Source of the DNA: Clostridia bacterium
Lineage (GTDB): Bacteria; Bacillota; Clostridia; Christensenellales; Aristaeellaceae
DNA length: 64,000 nt
Direction of reading: 5' to 3'
Assembly (NCBI GenBank): GCA_017512905.1
Contig: JAFWEL010000076.1
Span: 2,897 to 66,896 of the forward strand
Numbering within the stretch: the first letter of the stretch is position 1; each line of letters starts with the position of its first letter. Position numbers and translations under genes: made by a program. The notes beneath the pieces are model-generated. The model saw nothing but the letters and a program-made list of their open reading frames with translations, did not search any database and had not been told where the DNA came from. Below are positions 1-8,256 of the stretch, in pieces.

Positions 1-32
1 ACATTCTGGACATCGAGTGAGGTGAATGCGAT

Positions 33-617
33 ATGAAATCCGATATAGTCGCCGTATCCAGCAAGGGCAGGGGATTGGACGACGCGCTGGCCCTGGCCGA
101 CCGGACCGCGAAACAGCTGGGGCTGTCGCCGCGGGATGCGTTGCGCATGCGTCTGCTGGTCGAAGAGATGATGAACATGGTGCGTTCCATCGTCGGCCAG
201 CTCGAGGGCAAATTCTGGATCGAGACCGAGGACAGGGCCTATCGGCTCAATCTTCAAATGGCCTCTCTGCTGGACGCTGAACAGCGCAAGCAGCTGCTTT
301 CCGCTTCAACCAGCGGGAAAAATGAAGCCCATCGCGGCATCATGGGCAAGATCAGGGCGTTTTTCGAGCCTATGCCGATCGAGGATACGCCTGCGTATCT
401 TGCCGGAACGATCGTTCGGGGCAAAGCAAGCGACGATCTGACCTGGTCGCTGGATGCCTATCGCGAGCGCCTTCTCAAGCGCAAGGATGCTTCTGACGAA
501 GCGCGGCAGGAATGGGACGAGCTCGAAAAATCTGTGGTCTCCCACATCACGGACAATGTCACAGTCAGCATACACAATTATGATGTGGAACTGATGATCT
601 ACAAGAAGCTGGACTGA
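33..617 (+). CDS. hypothetical protein, 194 aa, no family recognised
   Basis: ORF with a GAGG-type RBS before the ATG at 33. Only about 45 nt separate it from the permease, suggesting co-transcription. The LVEEMMNMV segment vaguely resembles a GHKL N-box, but this is insufficient for a call. Confidence 0.45.
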   Translation: MKSDIVAVSSKGRGLDDALALADRTAKQLGLSPRDALRMRLLVEEMMNMVRSIVGQLEGKFWIETEDRAYRLNLQMASLLDAEQRKQLLSASTSGKNEAHRGIMGKIRAFFEPMPIEDTPAYLAGTIVRGKASDDLTWSLDAYRERLLKRKDASDEARQEWDELEKSVVSHITDNVTVSIHNYDVELMIYKKLD

Positions 618-664
618 GGGCTTTCCGGAAGACGCGGGAAGCAAAGAAAGGTGGAGGATTGGAT

Positions 665-2017
665 ATGTCTGACCAGGGTATTCGTGACGCGAGGTCCCTT
701 GGCGTCCCGAAGATGCTGTTGCTGGGCTTCCAGCATATGTTCGCCATGTTCGGCGCGACGGTGCTGGTTCCGGTGCTGACCGGTCTGCCGGTTTCGACTA
801 CGCTGCTGTTCGCAGGTCTCGGCACGCTGTTGTTCCACTTGCTGACCAAGGGCAAGGTGCCCGCGTTCCTGGGCTCTTCCTTCGCCTTCATCGGCGGCTA
901 CGCGGCGGTGGCGGCGCTCTTCAAGGACGCCGAGGCCATCAACTGGATCCCCTATGCCGGCGTGGGCGTGGCCTGCGCGGGGCTGCTGTACGTCGTGCTG
1001 TCGGCGCTGTTCAGGTCCTTCGGCGTGAAACGGGTCATGCGCTTCTTCCCGCCCATCGTCACCGGCCCGGTCATCATCTGCATCGGCCTGTGCCTGGCCT
1101 CCTCGGCGATCAACAACTGCGAGGCCAACTGGTGGATCGCCCTGCTGGCCCTTGCCGTCGTGGTGGTCGCCAACATATGGGGCAAGGGCATGATCCGGAT
1201 CATCCCGATCCTGCTGGGCGTGGTCGGCAGCTATGCGGTCGCCGCCATCTTCGGCCAGGTGGATTTCCAGCCCGTAGCCGAGGCTCAGTGGATCGGCTTC
1301 CCGATCCAGTGGAGCAACACGGTGTTCAGCCTGTTCAAGGGCTGTGACGGCGGCAAGCTGGTCAGCGCCATCGTGATCATGGTGCCCATTTCCCTGGCGA
1401 CCATGATCGAGCACATCGGCGACGTGTGCGCCATCTCCTCCACCGTGGGTGAAAACTTCGTGGCCGACCCCGGCCTGCACCGCACGCTGCTGGGCGACGG
1501 GTCCGCCACCGCGCTGGCCGCGCTGTTCGGCGCGCCGGCCAACACCACCTACGGCGAGAACACCGGTGTGCTGGCCCTGACCAAGGTCTACGACCCCAAC
1601 GTTATCCGCATCGCGGCGGTGCTGGCCGTGCTGTTCGCCTTCAGCCCCAAGTTTGAGGCGCTGGTGGCCGCCATGCCCACCGCCACCATCGGCGGCGTAT
1701 CCCTGATCCTGTACGGCATGATCTCCGCCGTGGGTGTGCGCAACGTGGTTGAAAACCAGGTGGACTTCACCAAGAGCCGCAACATCATCATCGCCGCCCT
1801 GATCATGGGCCTGAGCCTGGGTATCAACTTCTCCACCACCGGCGCGATTGTGCTGGGCCCGGTGAGCCTGTCCGGCCTGGCCGTGGGCGCGCTGGCGGGC
1901 ATCATCCTCAACGCCATACTGCCCGGCAACGATTACGAGTTCGGCGCCAACCAGCTGGGTGACACCTCTGTCAACTTCCAGCAGGGCATCGACCGCGCGG
2001 GGATGAAGAAGCGGTAA
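665..2017 (+). CDS. NCS2 family uracil/xanthine permease
   Basis: Polytopic membrane protein with the QHMFAMFGATVLVP motif typical of uracil-xanthine permeases. GGAGGA lies 6 nt before the ATG at 665; the ORF track starts at a TTG at 659. Confidence 0.85.
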   Translation: MSDQGIRDARSLGVPKMLLLGFQHMFAMFGATVLVPVLTGLPVSTTLLFAGLGTLLFHLLTKGKVPAFLGSSFAFIGGYAAVAALFKDAEAINWIPYAGVGVACAGLLYVVLSALFRSFGVKRVMRFFPPIVTGPVIICIGLCLASSAINNCEANWWIALLALAVVVVANIWGKGMIRIIPILLGVVGSYAVAAIFGQVDFQPVAEAQWIGFPIQWSNTVFSLFKGCDGGKLVSAIVIMVPISLATMIEHIGDVCAISSTVGENFVADPGLHRTLLGDGSATALAALFGAPANTTYGENTGVLALTKVYDPNVIRIAAVLAVLFAFSPKFEALVAAMPTATIGGVSLILYGMISAVGVRNVVENQVDFTKSRNIIIAALIMGLSLGINFSTTGAIVLGPVSLSGLAVGALAGIILNAILPGNDYEFGANQLGDTSVNFQQGIDRAGMKKR

Positions 2018-2040
2018 TACCAGAACGAGAGCATATGACA

Positions 2041-2085
2041 TCCCCGCGCTTCTGTGTGAATATCCGTCACGGGGAAGCGTGGGGA
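2041..2085 (+). terminator. 12-bp stem hairpin downstream of the permease gene
   Basis: tccccgcgcttc pairs with gaagcgtgggga (one G-U pair), loop of about 20 nt, weak T tail. Confidence 0.4.
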
Positions 2086-2094
2086 TTGCTATCG

Positions 2095-2278
2095 GGCACC
2101 TCTAAAAAACGCTCATCGCCGTCGGACGGCTGAATTTCCGACGCAAGGCTGGTCCTTTAGGAAGCCATCTTCGCCTTGCAAAAACCTTGACTGCCCGCCA
2201 GGCAGCCTGCTTCTTTTGCAAGCCAAATCTGTCTAAAAATTCATCTCGTCGGGCGACGCGTTAGTTTTAGAGGTACCC
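2095..2278. repeat. TIR-flanked, highly structured intergenic element (MITE-like), copy 1
   Basis: Left end is ggcacctctaaaaaacgc. Right end is gcgttagttttagaggtacc, an imperfect inverted repeat extending about 35 bp. Internal hairpins include cgtcgga/tccgacg and cttgcaaaa/ttttgcaag. It shares the TCTAAAA terminal core with the element at 24145-24300. Confidence 0.5.
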
Positions 2279-2293
2279 TATTGGGGGTACAAT

Positions 2294-3592
2294 ATGAATT
2301 ATATCGAAGCAATGATGGACTTTATCCGGCGGTCGCCGACGGCCTTCCACGCCGTGGCCAACCTCCGCAGCATGCTTGAGGAAGGCGGCTTCTGTCCGCT
2401 GAACGAATGCGCGCCGTGGCAGCTCGTCCCCGGCGGCAGCTACTATGTGACGCGCAATCAGTCCTCGATCATCGCCTTTCGGGTGCCGAAGGGCCCTGTG
2501 GACCACTTTCAGCTGGTTGCCAGCCATTCCGATTTCCCCTGCTTCAAGCTGAAGCCCTCCGCCCGGCGGGAGGCCAACGGCTACGCGATGCTGAACGTGG
2601 AAAAGTACGGCGGCATGATCATGCAGACCTGGTTTGACCGGCCCCTGTCCATCGCTGGTCGGGCGGTGGTCAGGACCGGGGAGGGCCTCGAGGCGCGGCT
2701 GGTGACCCTGGACAGGGACCTGGCGCTGATTCCGAACCTGCCGATCCACTTCAATCGCGCCGTGAACGACGGGGTCAAGCTGAATCCCCAGGTGGACATG
2801 CTCCCGGTGTATGGCCTGGCAGGGACCGATTACATGGACCTGGTGGCGGCGTCGCTGGACGTGGACCGGGCGGACATCCTGGGCTGCGACCTGTATCTGG
2901 TGAACCGGGACGCGCCCAGGATCTGGGGCGCGGCGGGGGAGTACGTCGCCTCGCCGAGGCTGGACGACCTGGAGTGCGCCTATGCCTCCGTCCGGGCACT
3001 GCTGGAGGCGAAGCCTTCCAACCATGTGGACGTGGCCTGCGTGTTTGACAACGAGGAGGTGGGCAGCGCCACCCGCCAGGGGGCGGATTCCAGCTTCCTG
3101 TCGGAGGTGATGCGCCGGATCGTCCAGGCGCTGGGCGGCGAACAGCCCCTCGAGGCCGCCATGGCCCGCAGCATGATGCTGTCCGCGGACAACGCCCACG
3201 GGGTCCACCCCACCCATCCGGAGAAATATGACGATAACAACCGGGTCGCGCTGAACGGCGGGGTGGTGGTCAAATTCAACGCCGCCCAGAAGTACACCAG
3301 CGACGGCGTCTCCCAGGCCATCTTTGAATGGATTTGCAAAAATGCGGGCGTGCCGGTGCAGCGCTTCGCCAATCGCTCGGATATCGCCGGCGGCTCCACC
3401 CTGGGCAACATCGCCAATACCCACGCCTCAATGATCACCGTGGACATCGGCCTGGCGCAGCTGAGCATGCACGCCGCGAACGAATCCGCAGGCGCACATG
3501 ACCTGGCATATATGGTGCGCGCCATGCGCGCGTTTCACGAAACGGAGGTCTGCGTGATGGGAGATGGGCGGATTCGGATCGGGGAGAGATAA
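2294..3592 (+). CDS. M18 family aminopeptidase
   Basis: 432 aa with the N-terminal SPTAFHAV and SHSDFPCFKLKP motifs characteristic of M18 (aspartyl aminopeptidase-like) enzymes. Confidence 0.85.
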   Translation: MNYIEAMMDFIRRSPTAFHAVANLRSMLEEGGFCPLNECAPWQLVPGGSYYVTRNQSSIIAFRVPKGPVDHFQLVASHSDFPCFKLKPSARREANGYAMLNVEKYGGMIMQTWFDRPLSIAGRAVVRTGEGLEARLVTLDRDLALIPNLPIHFNRAVNDGVKLNPQVDMLPVYGLAGTDYMDLVAASLDVDRADILGCDLYLVNRDAPRIWGAAGEYVASPRLDDLECAYASVRALLEAKPSNHVDVACVFDNEEVGSATRQGADSSFLSEVMRRIVQALGGEQPLEAAMARSMMLSADNAHGVHPTHPEKYDDNNRVALNGGVVVKFNAAQKYTSDGVSQAIFEWICKNAGVPVQRFANRSDIAGGSTLGNIANTHASMITVDIGLAQLSMHAANESAGAHDLAYMVRAMRAFHETEVCVMGDGRIRIGER

Positions 3593-3603
3593 CCACTCAA
3601 AAT

Positions 3604-3630
3604 CTGATTTGTCGCAACGCGACAAATCAG
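3604..3630. repeat. perfect 12-bp-arm palindrome (family A), likely bidirectional terminator, copy 1
   Basis: ctgatttgtcgc-aac-gcgacaaatcag lies between convergent genes, 3 nt past the rnr stop codon. An A-run lies upstream and a T-run downstream. A near-identical copy is at 28318-28344. Confidence 0.6.
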
Positions 3631-3633
3631 GTT

Positions 3634-5745
3634 TTACTCTTCCTCCATCGGCGAGAGCAGGTCGAAGTTGATCTCGCCCAGGGGGATGTTGACCCTCGCG
3701 GCCCGGACGCGCACGCGGTCGCCGAGGCGGAAGGTGATGCCGGTGGCCGTGCCGATCAGGCGACCCCGGTCCGCGTCGTATTCATAGAAGTCGTCCAGCT
3801 GGGAGATGTGCACCAGGCCCTCGGCGCCGTTGGGGAGGGTCGCATAGAAGCCCCAGCTGGTGACGGAGGATACCACGCCGTCAAATTCTTCACCAAGGTG
3901 GCGGGACATCCAGGCCGCCGTCATGATGCCGTCCGCCTGCCGCTCGGCGCTTACCGCCGCGCTCTCCCGCAGGGAGCATTCCGCGGCGAGTTCCGCCATG
4001 CGGCTGTGCCAGCGGGCGGCCTCCTCCATGCGTCCCGCCACCAGCAGCTTCAGCATGCGGTGCACCGTCAGGTCCGGGTAGCGGCGTATGGGAGAGGTGA
4101 AGTGGCAGTAGTCCTTCAGAGCCATGGCATAATGCCCCAGGGGCCGCTCGCAGTAGCGGGCCTTTTTTAATGCCCGAAGCAGGCTGTGGCGAATCACGTC
4201 CCGGGCCGGGTGGTCCTTCACCTGCTCCAGCACCCCCTGGAGCACACCGGGATGGGGCGTGGGGCCGATGCGGGTGTACAGGTCGAGGCTGCCCAACAGC
4301 GATTCCAGCGCCAGCAGCCTATCCGGGTCGGGATCCTCGTGGACGCGGTAGACAAAGGGCAGCTCGGTGTTCCGGGCCAGCGCAGCCACGGTCTCGTTGG
4401 CGGCCAGCATGAAATCCTCGATGATGCGCTCGGCCTCGCCCCGGGGCTGCAACAGGATCTCCTCGGGCTGACCGGTCTCATCCAGAACAAAATCGGGCTC
4501 GTCGATCTCAAAGTCGATGGCCCCGCGGGCGGCCCTCCGGCCCCGCAGCACATGGGAAAGGGCGCGCATATCCAACAGCGCCTTGCCGACCTCCTCGGTA
4601 ATGTCGCTGTCGCCGCCCTCAAAGAAGCGGTTCGCCGCCTCGTAGGTCAGCCGCGCGTGGGAGTGGATGACCGATTCCGCCAGCCGGTGGTCCACTACGA
4701 CGCCCTGCACGATGTCCATGAACAAGCTCAGGGCCAGCCGGTCCACGCCGGGCATCAGCGAACAGAGGTTGTTGGACAGGCACTCCGGCAGCATCGGCAC
4801 GGTCAGCCCCGGCAGGTACAGCGAGGTCCCCCGCTCCAGGGCGTCCCGGTCGATGGCGGAGCCGGGGCGGACATAGTGGCTGACGTCGGCGATGTGTACA
4901 CCCAGCCGCCAGCCCCCTTCGATGGGCTCGATGGACACGGCGTCGTCGAAGTCCTTCGCGGTGGCGCCGTCGATGGTAAAGGTCAGCAGCTCCCGCAGGT
5001 CCTCCCGGCCGACACGATCTTCGGGCATTACGGCATCGGGCACAGCTTTGGAGGCCTCGATGACGGCCGGGTCAGGCTCGGTGGCGAAGCCCTGGTCCTC
5101 CGCCACGGCGCGCATCAGCGACGGCAGGCTCTCGTCGTCGCCCAGCACCCGCAGCACACCGGCATAGATCGGGCGGCTGGCCTGGGGGTAGCGCTCGATG
5201 GACAACAGCGCGATCTGGTCGTTCTCCAGCGCCTCCAGGTCGCCGGTCAGCACCACGTCGTAGGGGATGCGCACGTCGCAGGGAATGGCGGAGGCCACGG
5301 TCTTGACTTCGCTGTGGCGCTTTCCGATGGTCTTGACCGGCCTGCGCTCAATGCGCACATAGGCGGCGAAGCGGTCGCGGCCCCGGCGTAGGATGGCGTT
5401 CAGCAGGCAATGGTCGCCCAACGGGCGTACCAGCGCCAGGTCGTCGGGCATACAGCGCTCGGCCCCGGCGTATTCGATTTTCAACGCGGGACCGCCCCCG
5501 AGGGGATGGGCCATCGGGGTGCCGTTGCGCTGGAACGTCACCCGGGCGGCGGCGAGGCCGATGGTCTCCGGGATGGCCCAGCCGCCCTTTCGCGTGGCGG
5601 CGATGCGCCCTTCGACCGCCAGCGCGTCCAGCGCGGATTGAACCGATTCGAGGGGGCACTGGTTGGCCTCGGAGAGCGCCCTCGCGGTCAGCGGCTTCCC
5701 GGCGGCCTCGATCTGTGCGTAAAGCTGGTCCTTCATGGCGTCCAC
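3634..5745 (-). CDS. rnr: ribonuclease R
   Basis: 703 aa with an RNB catalytic region (DFDDAVS motif) and a C-terminal S1-like domain. Confidence 0.9.
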   Translation of the reverse strand: MDAMKDQLYAQIEAAGKPLTARALSEANQCPLESVQSALDALAVEGRIAATRKGGWAIPETIGLAAARVTFQRNGTPMAHPLGGGPALKIEYAGAERCMPDDLALVRPLGDHCLLNAILRRGRDRFAAYVRIERRPVKTIGKRHSEVKTVASAIPCDVRIPYDVVLTGDLEALENDQIALLSIERYPQASRPIYAGVLRVLGDDESLPSLMRAVAEDQGFATEPDPAVIEASKAVPDAVMPEDRVGREDLRELLTFTIDGATAKDFDDAVSIEPIEGGWRLGVHIADVSHYVRPGSAIDRDALERGTSLYLPGLTVPMLPECLSNNLCSLMPGVDRLALSLFMDIVQGVVVDHRLAESVIHSHARLTYEAANRFFEGGDSDITEEVGKALLDMRALSHVLRGRRAARGAIDFEIDEPDFVLDETGQPEEILLQPRGEAERIIEDFMLAANETVAALARNTELPFVYRVHEDPDPDRLLALESLLGSLDLYTRIGPTPHPGVLQGVLEQVKDHPARDVIRHSLLRALKKARYCERPLGHYAMALKDYCHFTSPIRRYPDLTVHRMLKLLVAGRMEEAARWHSRMAELAAECSLRESAAVSAERQADGIMTAAWMSRHLGEEFDGVVSSVTSWGFYATLPNGAEGLVHISQLDDFYEYDADRGRLIGTATGITFRLGDRVRVRAARVNIPLGEINFDLLSPMEEE

Positions 5746-5747
5746 TC

Positions 5748-6986
5748 CTATGCCTCGTCGGCTTGATTTCGATGGATTCGGATCTGCTCCACCCGCCTGG
5801 GGGCAACCCGCTCGACGGTGACGTGAAGATCCCGGTAGTCAAAGGTGTCTCCCGGTTGGGGCAGGTGGCCCAGGACCTCCAGCACCCATCCGTTTACGGT
5901 GACGGATTCAAAGTCATCCCCGATGGGAAGGCGCTGACGCAGGTCGTCCAGGCTCGCGCCGCCGCTGACCCGCCACTCGTCGTCGGAGAGTTGCACGATG
6001 TCCTCCACCACCTCGTCGTGCTCGTCCCAGATTTCGCCCACCAGCTCCTCAAGGATATCCTCCATCGTGACGATGCCCACCACGCCGCCGTACTCGTCCA
6101 CCACCACGGCCATGTGATTCTTCGTGCGCTGCAGCAGCTTCAACAGCACGGCCAGCTGGGTGGAGGGCACCACGCACAGCGGTTCGCTCATCATCTCCTT
6201 CAGGGGAACCTTGCCCCGGAGGCGATAGAAGTCCTTCTCGTGAAGTATGCCCACGATGTTGTCGATGCTGTCCTCGTACACTGGGATCCTGGACCGGCCG
6301 CTCTGTTCAAAGATGCGGGCTACCTCCTCGGGGGTGCTGTTCACCTCGGCGGAGACGACGTCCACCCGGGGCGTCAGGATGTCCTCGGCGGTCATGTCGT
6401 TGAATTCGATGGCCGAGCGGATCAGCTCGCCCTCATGCGCGTCGATTTCGCCCTCGTTCTCGGCCTCCTCCACGATGGTGATCAGCTCCTCCTCGTTGAT
6501 GCCCCGATCCTTCGAGGGGGGAATGAGCTTGTAGATCAGCTTCTGCCAGCAGGTCGTCAGGAAGATGATGGGGGTCAGCAGCACCAATATGACGCTGAGC
6601 AGCGGATAGACCGCCAGCGCCACCTGCTCGGGCCGGTCTTTGGCGATGGTCTTCGGCGCGATTTCACCGAACATCAGCACGACCACCGTCATCACGGCGG
6701 TGGACACAGACACGCCCGCGCCACCGATGAGGCGCACAAACAGCACCGTCGCCAGCGACGCGGACAGGATATTCACGATGTTGTTGCCCACCAGTATGCC
6801 CGAAAGCAGCCTGTCGTAATCCTCGGACAGGGCCAGCACCTTCGCGGCGCGCCGGTTGCCCCCGTTGGCCATGGCCTTCAGCCGCGCCCGGTTCACGCTG
6901 GTATAGGCGGTCTCGGAGGCGGAAAAGAAGGCCGACATGGCCACGAGGGCGATCAGGGAGAGTATCAATGTACCGTTATCGTCCAT
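5748..6986 (-). CDS. CNNM/DUF21-CBS-CorC_HlyC family membrane protein (hemolysin-like, putative Mg/Co efflux)
   Basis: N-terminal DUF21 TM region (FFSASETAYTS), a CBS pair and a CorC C-terminal domain. Its stop lies 2 nt upstream of the rnr start, so the two genes appear to form an operon. Confidence 0.85.
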   Translation of the reverse strand: MDDNGTLILSLIALVAMSAFFSASETAYTSVNRARLKAMANGGNRRAAKVLALSEDYDRLLSGILVGNNIVNILSASLATVLFVRLIGGAGVSVSTAVMTVVVLMFGEIAPKTIAKDRPEQVALAVYPLLSVILVLLTPIIFLTTCWQKLIYKLIPPSKDRGINEEELITIVEEAENEGEIDAHEGELIRSAIEFNDMTAEDILTPRVDVVSAEVNSTPEEVARIFEQSGRSRIPVYEDSIDNIVGILHEKDFYRLRGKVPLKEMMSEPLCVVPSTQLAVLLKLLQRTKNHMAVVVDEYGGVVGIVTMEDILEELVGEIWDEHDEVVEDIVQLSDDEWRVSGGASLDDLRQRLPIGDDFESVTVNGWVLEVLGHLPQPGDTFDYRDLHVTVERVAPRRVEQIRIHRNQADEA

Positions 6987-7069
6987 TACGGACAGTCACG
7001 CTCCTTATTGTATAGAAGTTATCGTCAGCGCCTGTGGCGGCCCTTTGCCGCCGGTCGCCATCGCTGTCT

Positions 7070-8083
7070 CTATTGCACCAGTCCCGCGACATTCTCGGCG
7101 CGGTAGCCCAGCTCACCGATCAGCTTTTCCCGGTCGGGCAGGCTGGACATCAGGACCTTGGTATCCCCCTCCAGCACGACGCCCCCGAGGCCCGCGGGCA
7201 CCAGTACGCTGTCGAAGGCATCCAGCGCCATTTCCTCGTCGCCCCAGCGCAGGGTGCAGGGCCCCATCGGCGTCAGGAACAGCATCCTGCCGCCCTCCAG
7301 GGGCATCTTGCCGGACAGGTTCAGCCGGCACAGCTCGAAATGGCTGTCGCAGATGTAATAGGTGCGGCTACCGCCCTTGCACAGCACCGTGGTGCCCTCG
7401 TTCTTTTCAAGCTGTAAATCGGGACGGCAGACGTCCAGAGCCTTTTCCACCTGCAGCGGACGGGGCTTGCCGTCCGAGAAGACCCGGCCCCAGTCCCACA
7501 GGCGGTAGTTGATGTCCGTAGACTGCCCGATCTCGTAGCACAGTATGCCCTCGCCCACGGCATGGACCATGCCCTCGGGAATGTAATACACGTCGCCCGG
7601 GCGCACGTTCTTCCAGCGCAGGCAGGATTCGATCCGGCCCTCGGCAACGATCCTGTCCAGCGGTTCGCCGTGGGTGTCCACGCCGTACACGATGCGCGCG
7701 CCGGGCTCGGCGTTGAGTATGATCCAGGCTTCGCTCTTGCCGCTCTTGTTCTCGTTTTTCGCCGCGTAGGCGTCGTCGGGGTGAACCTGTACCGAGAGGG
7801 GCATCATCGTGTCCAGCAGCTTCAGCAGCAGCGGAAATTCACCGCCGGTCTTGCCCGTGAGTCCCTCGCCCCAGAGCTCGATCATCCGGGACAGGGATTT
7901 GCCGGCGTGGACGCCGTTGGACACCATGCTCTCGTACCCCGGCAGCGCCGAGATCTCAAGGCTCTCGCCGGTCGCGCCGTCGGGCGCGTCCTTCATCAGC
8001 GTGTCCCGCAGCATGTGTCCGCCCCAGGGGGTCTCTTCGCCGTGTCGGAAAGTGGGCGCCATCAAAAGCGGATATAAAGTCAT
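7070..8083 (-). CDS. manA: class I mannose-6-phosphate isomerase
   Basis: VQVHPDD and SEAWIILN motifs. The start is placed at the internal ATG at 8083, preceded by GGAGGA; the ORF track extends to 8209. Confidence 0.8.
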   Translation of the reverse strand: MTLYPLLMAPTFRHGEETPWGGHMLRDTLMKDAPDGATGESLEISALPGYESMVSNGVHAGKSLSRMIELWGEGLTGKTGGEFPLLLKLLDTMMPLSVQVHPDDAYAAKNENKSGKSEAWIILNAEPGARIVYGVDTHGEPLDRIVAEGRIESCLRWKNVRPGDVYYIPEGMVHAVGEGILCYEIGQSTDINYRLWDWGRVFSDGKPRPLQVEKALDVCRPDLQLEKNEGTTVLCKGGSRTYYICDSHFELCRLNLSGKMPLEGGRMLFLTPMGPCTLRWGDEEMALDAFDSVLVPAGLGGVVLEGDTKVLMSSLPDREKLIGELGYRAENVAGLVQ

Positions 8084-8138
8084 GTTCGCATCCTCCTTCC
8101 ACGTTGAACGGTCCCGCCGCACCGGCGGCGGAAAGCGC

Positions 8139-8167
8139 TTGCAAAAGCTGCCTGCGTGAATTATACT
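8139..8167 (+). promoter_or_regulatory. SigA-type promoter TTGCAA-17-TATACT
   Basis: Hexamers with exact 17-nt spacing upstream of the helicase gene. Confidence 0.5.
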
Positions 8168-8256
8168 GATATGGGAGATAACAGTACAGTATAATTTTCC
8201 AGACAACAATAATGTAACATGATGTGACCTTTATGTCAAGGGAAAGGGAGAGCGCC

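Noticed and set aside
599-2041. 480-aa ORF antisense to the permease gene. Similar long antisense or off-frame ORFs occur at 14326-15966, 17084-19075, 39543-40859, 41671-43215, 49104-50795, 54595-56532 and 58552-59988.
   Set aside because: All overlap genes with clear family motifs on the other strand or frame. All have Arg/Gly/Ala/His/Pro-rich compositions. They are GC-content artefacts.
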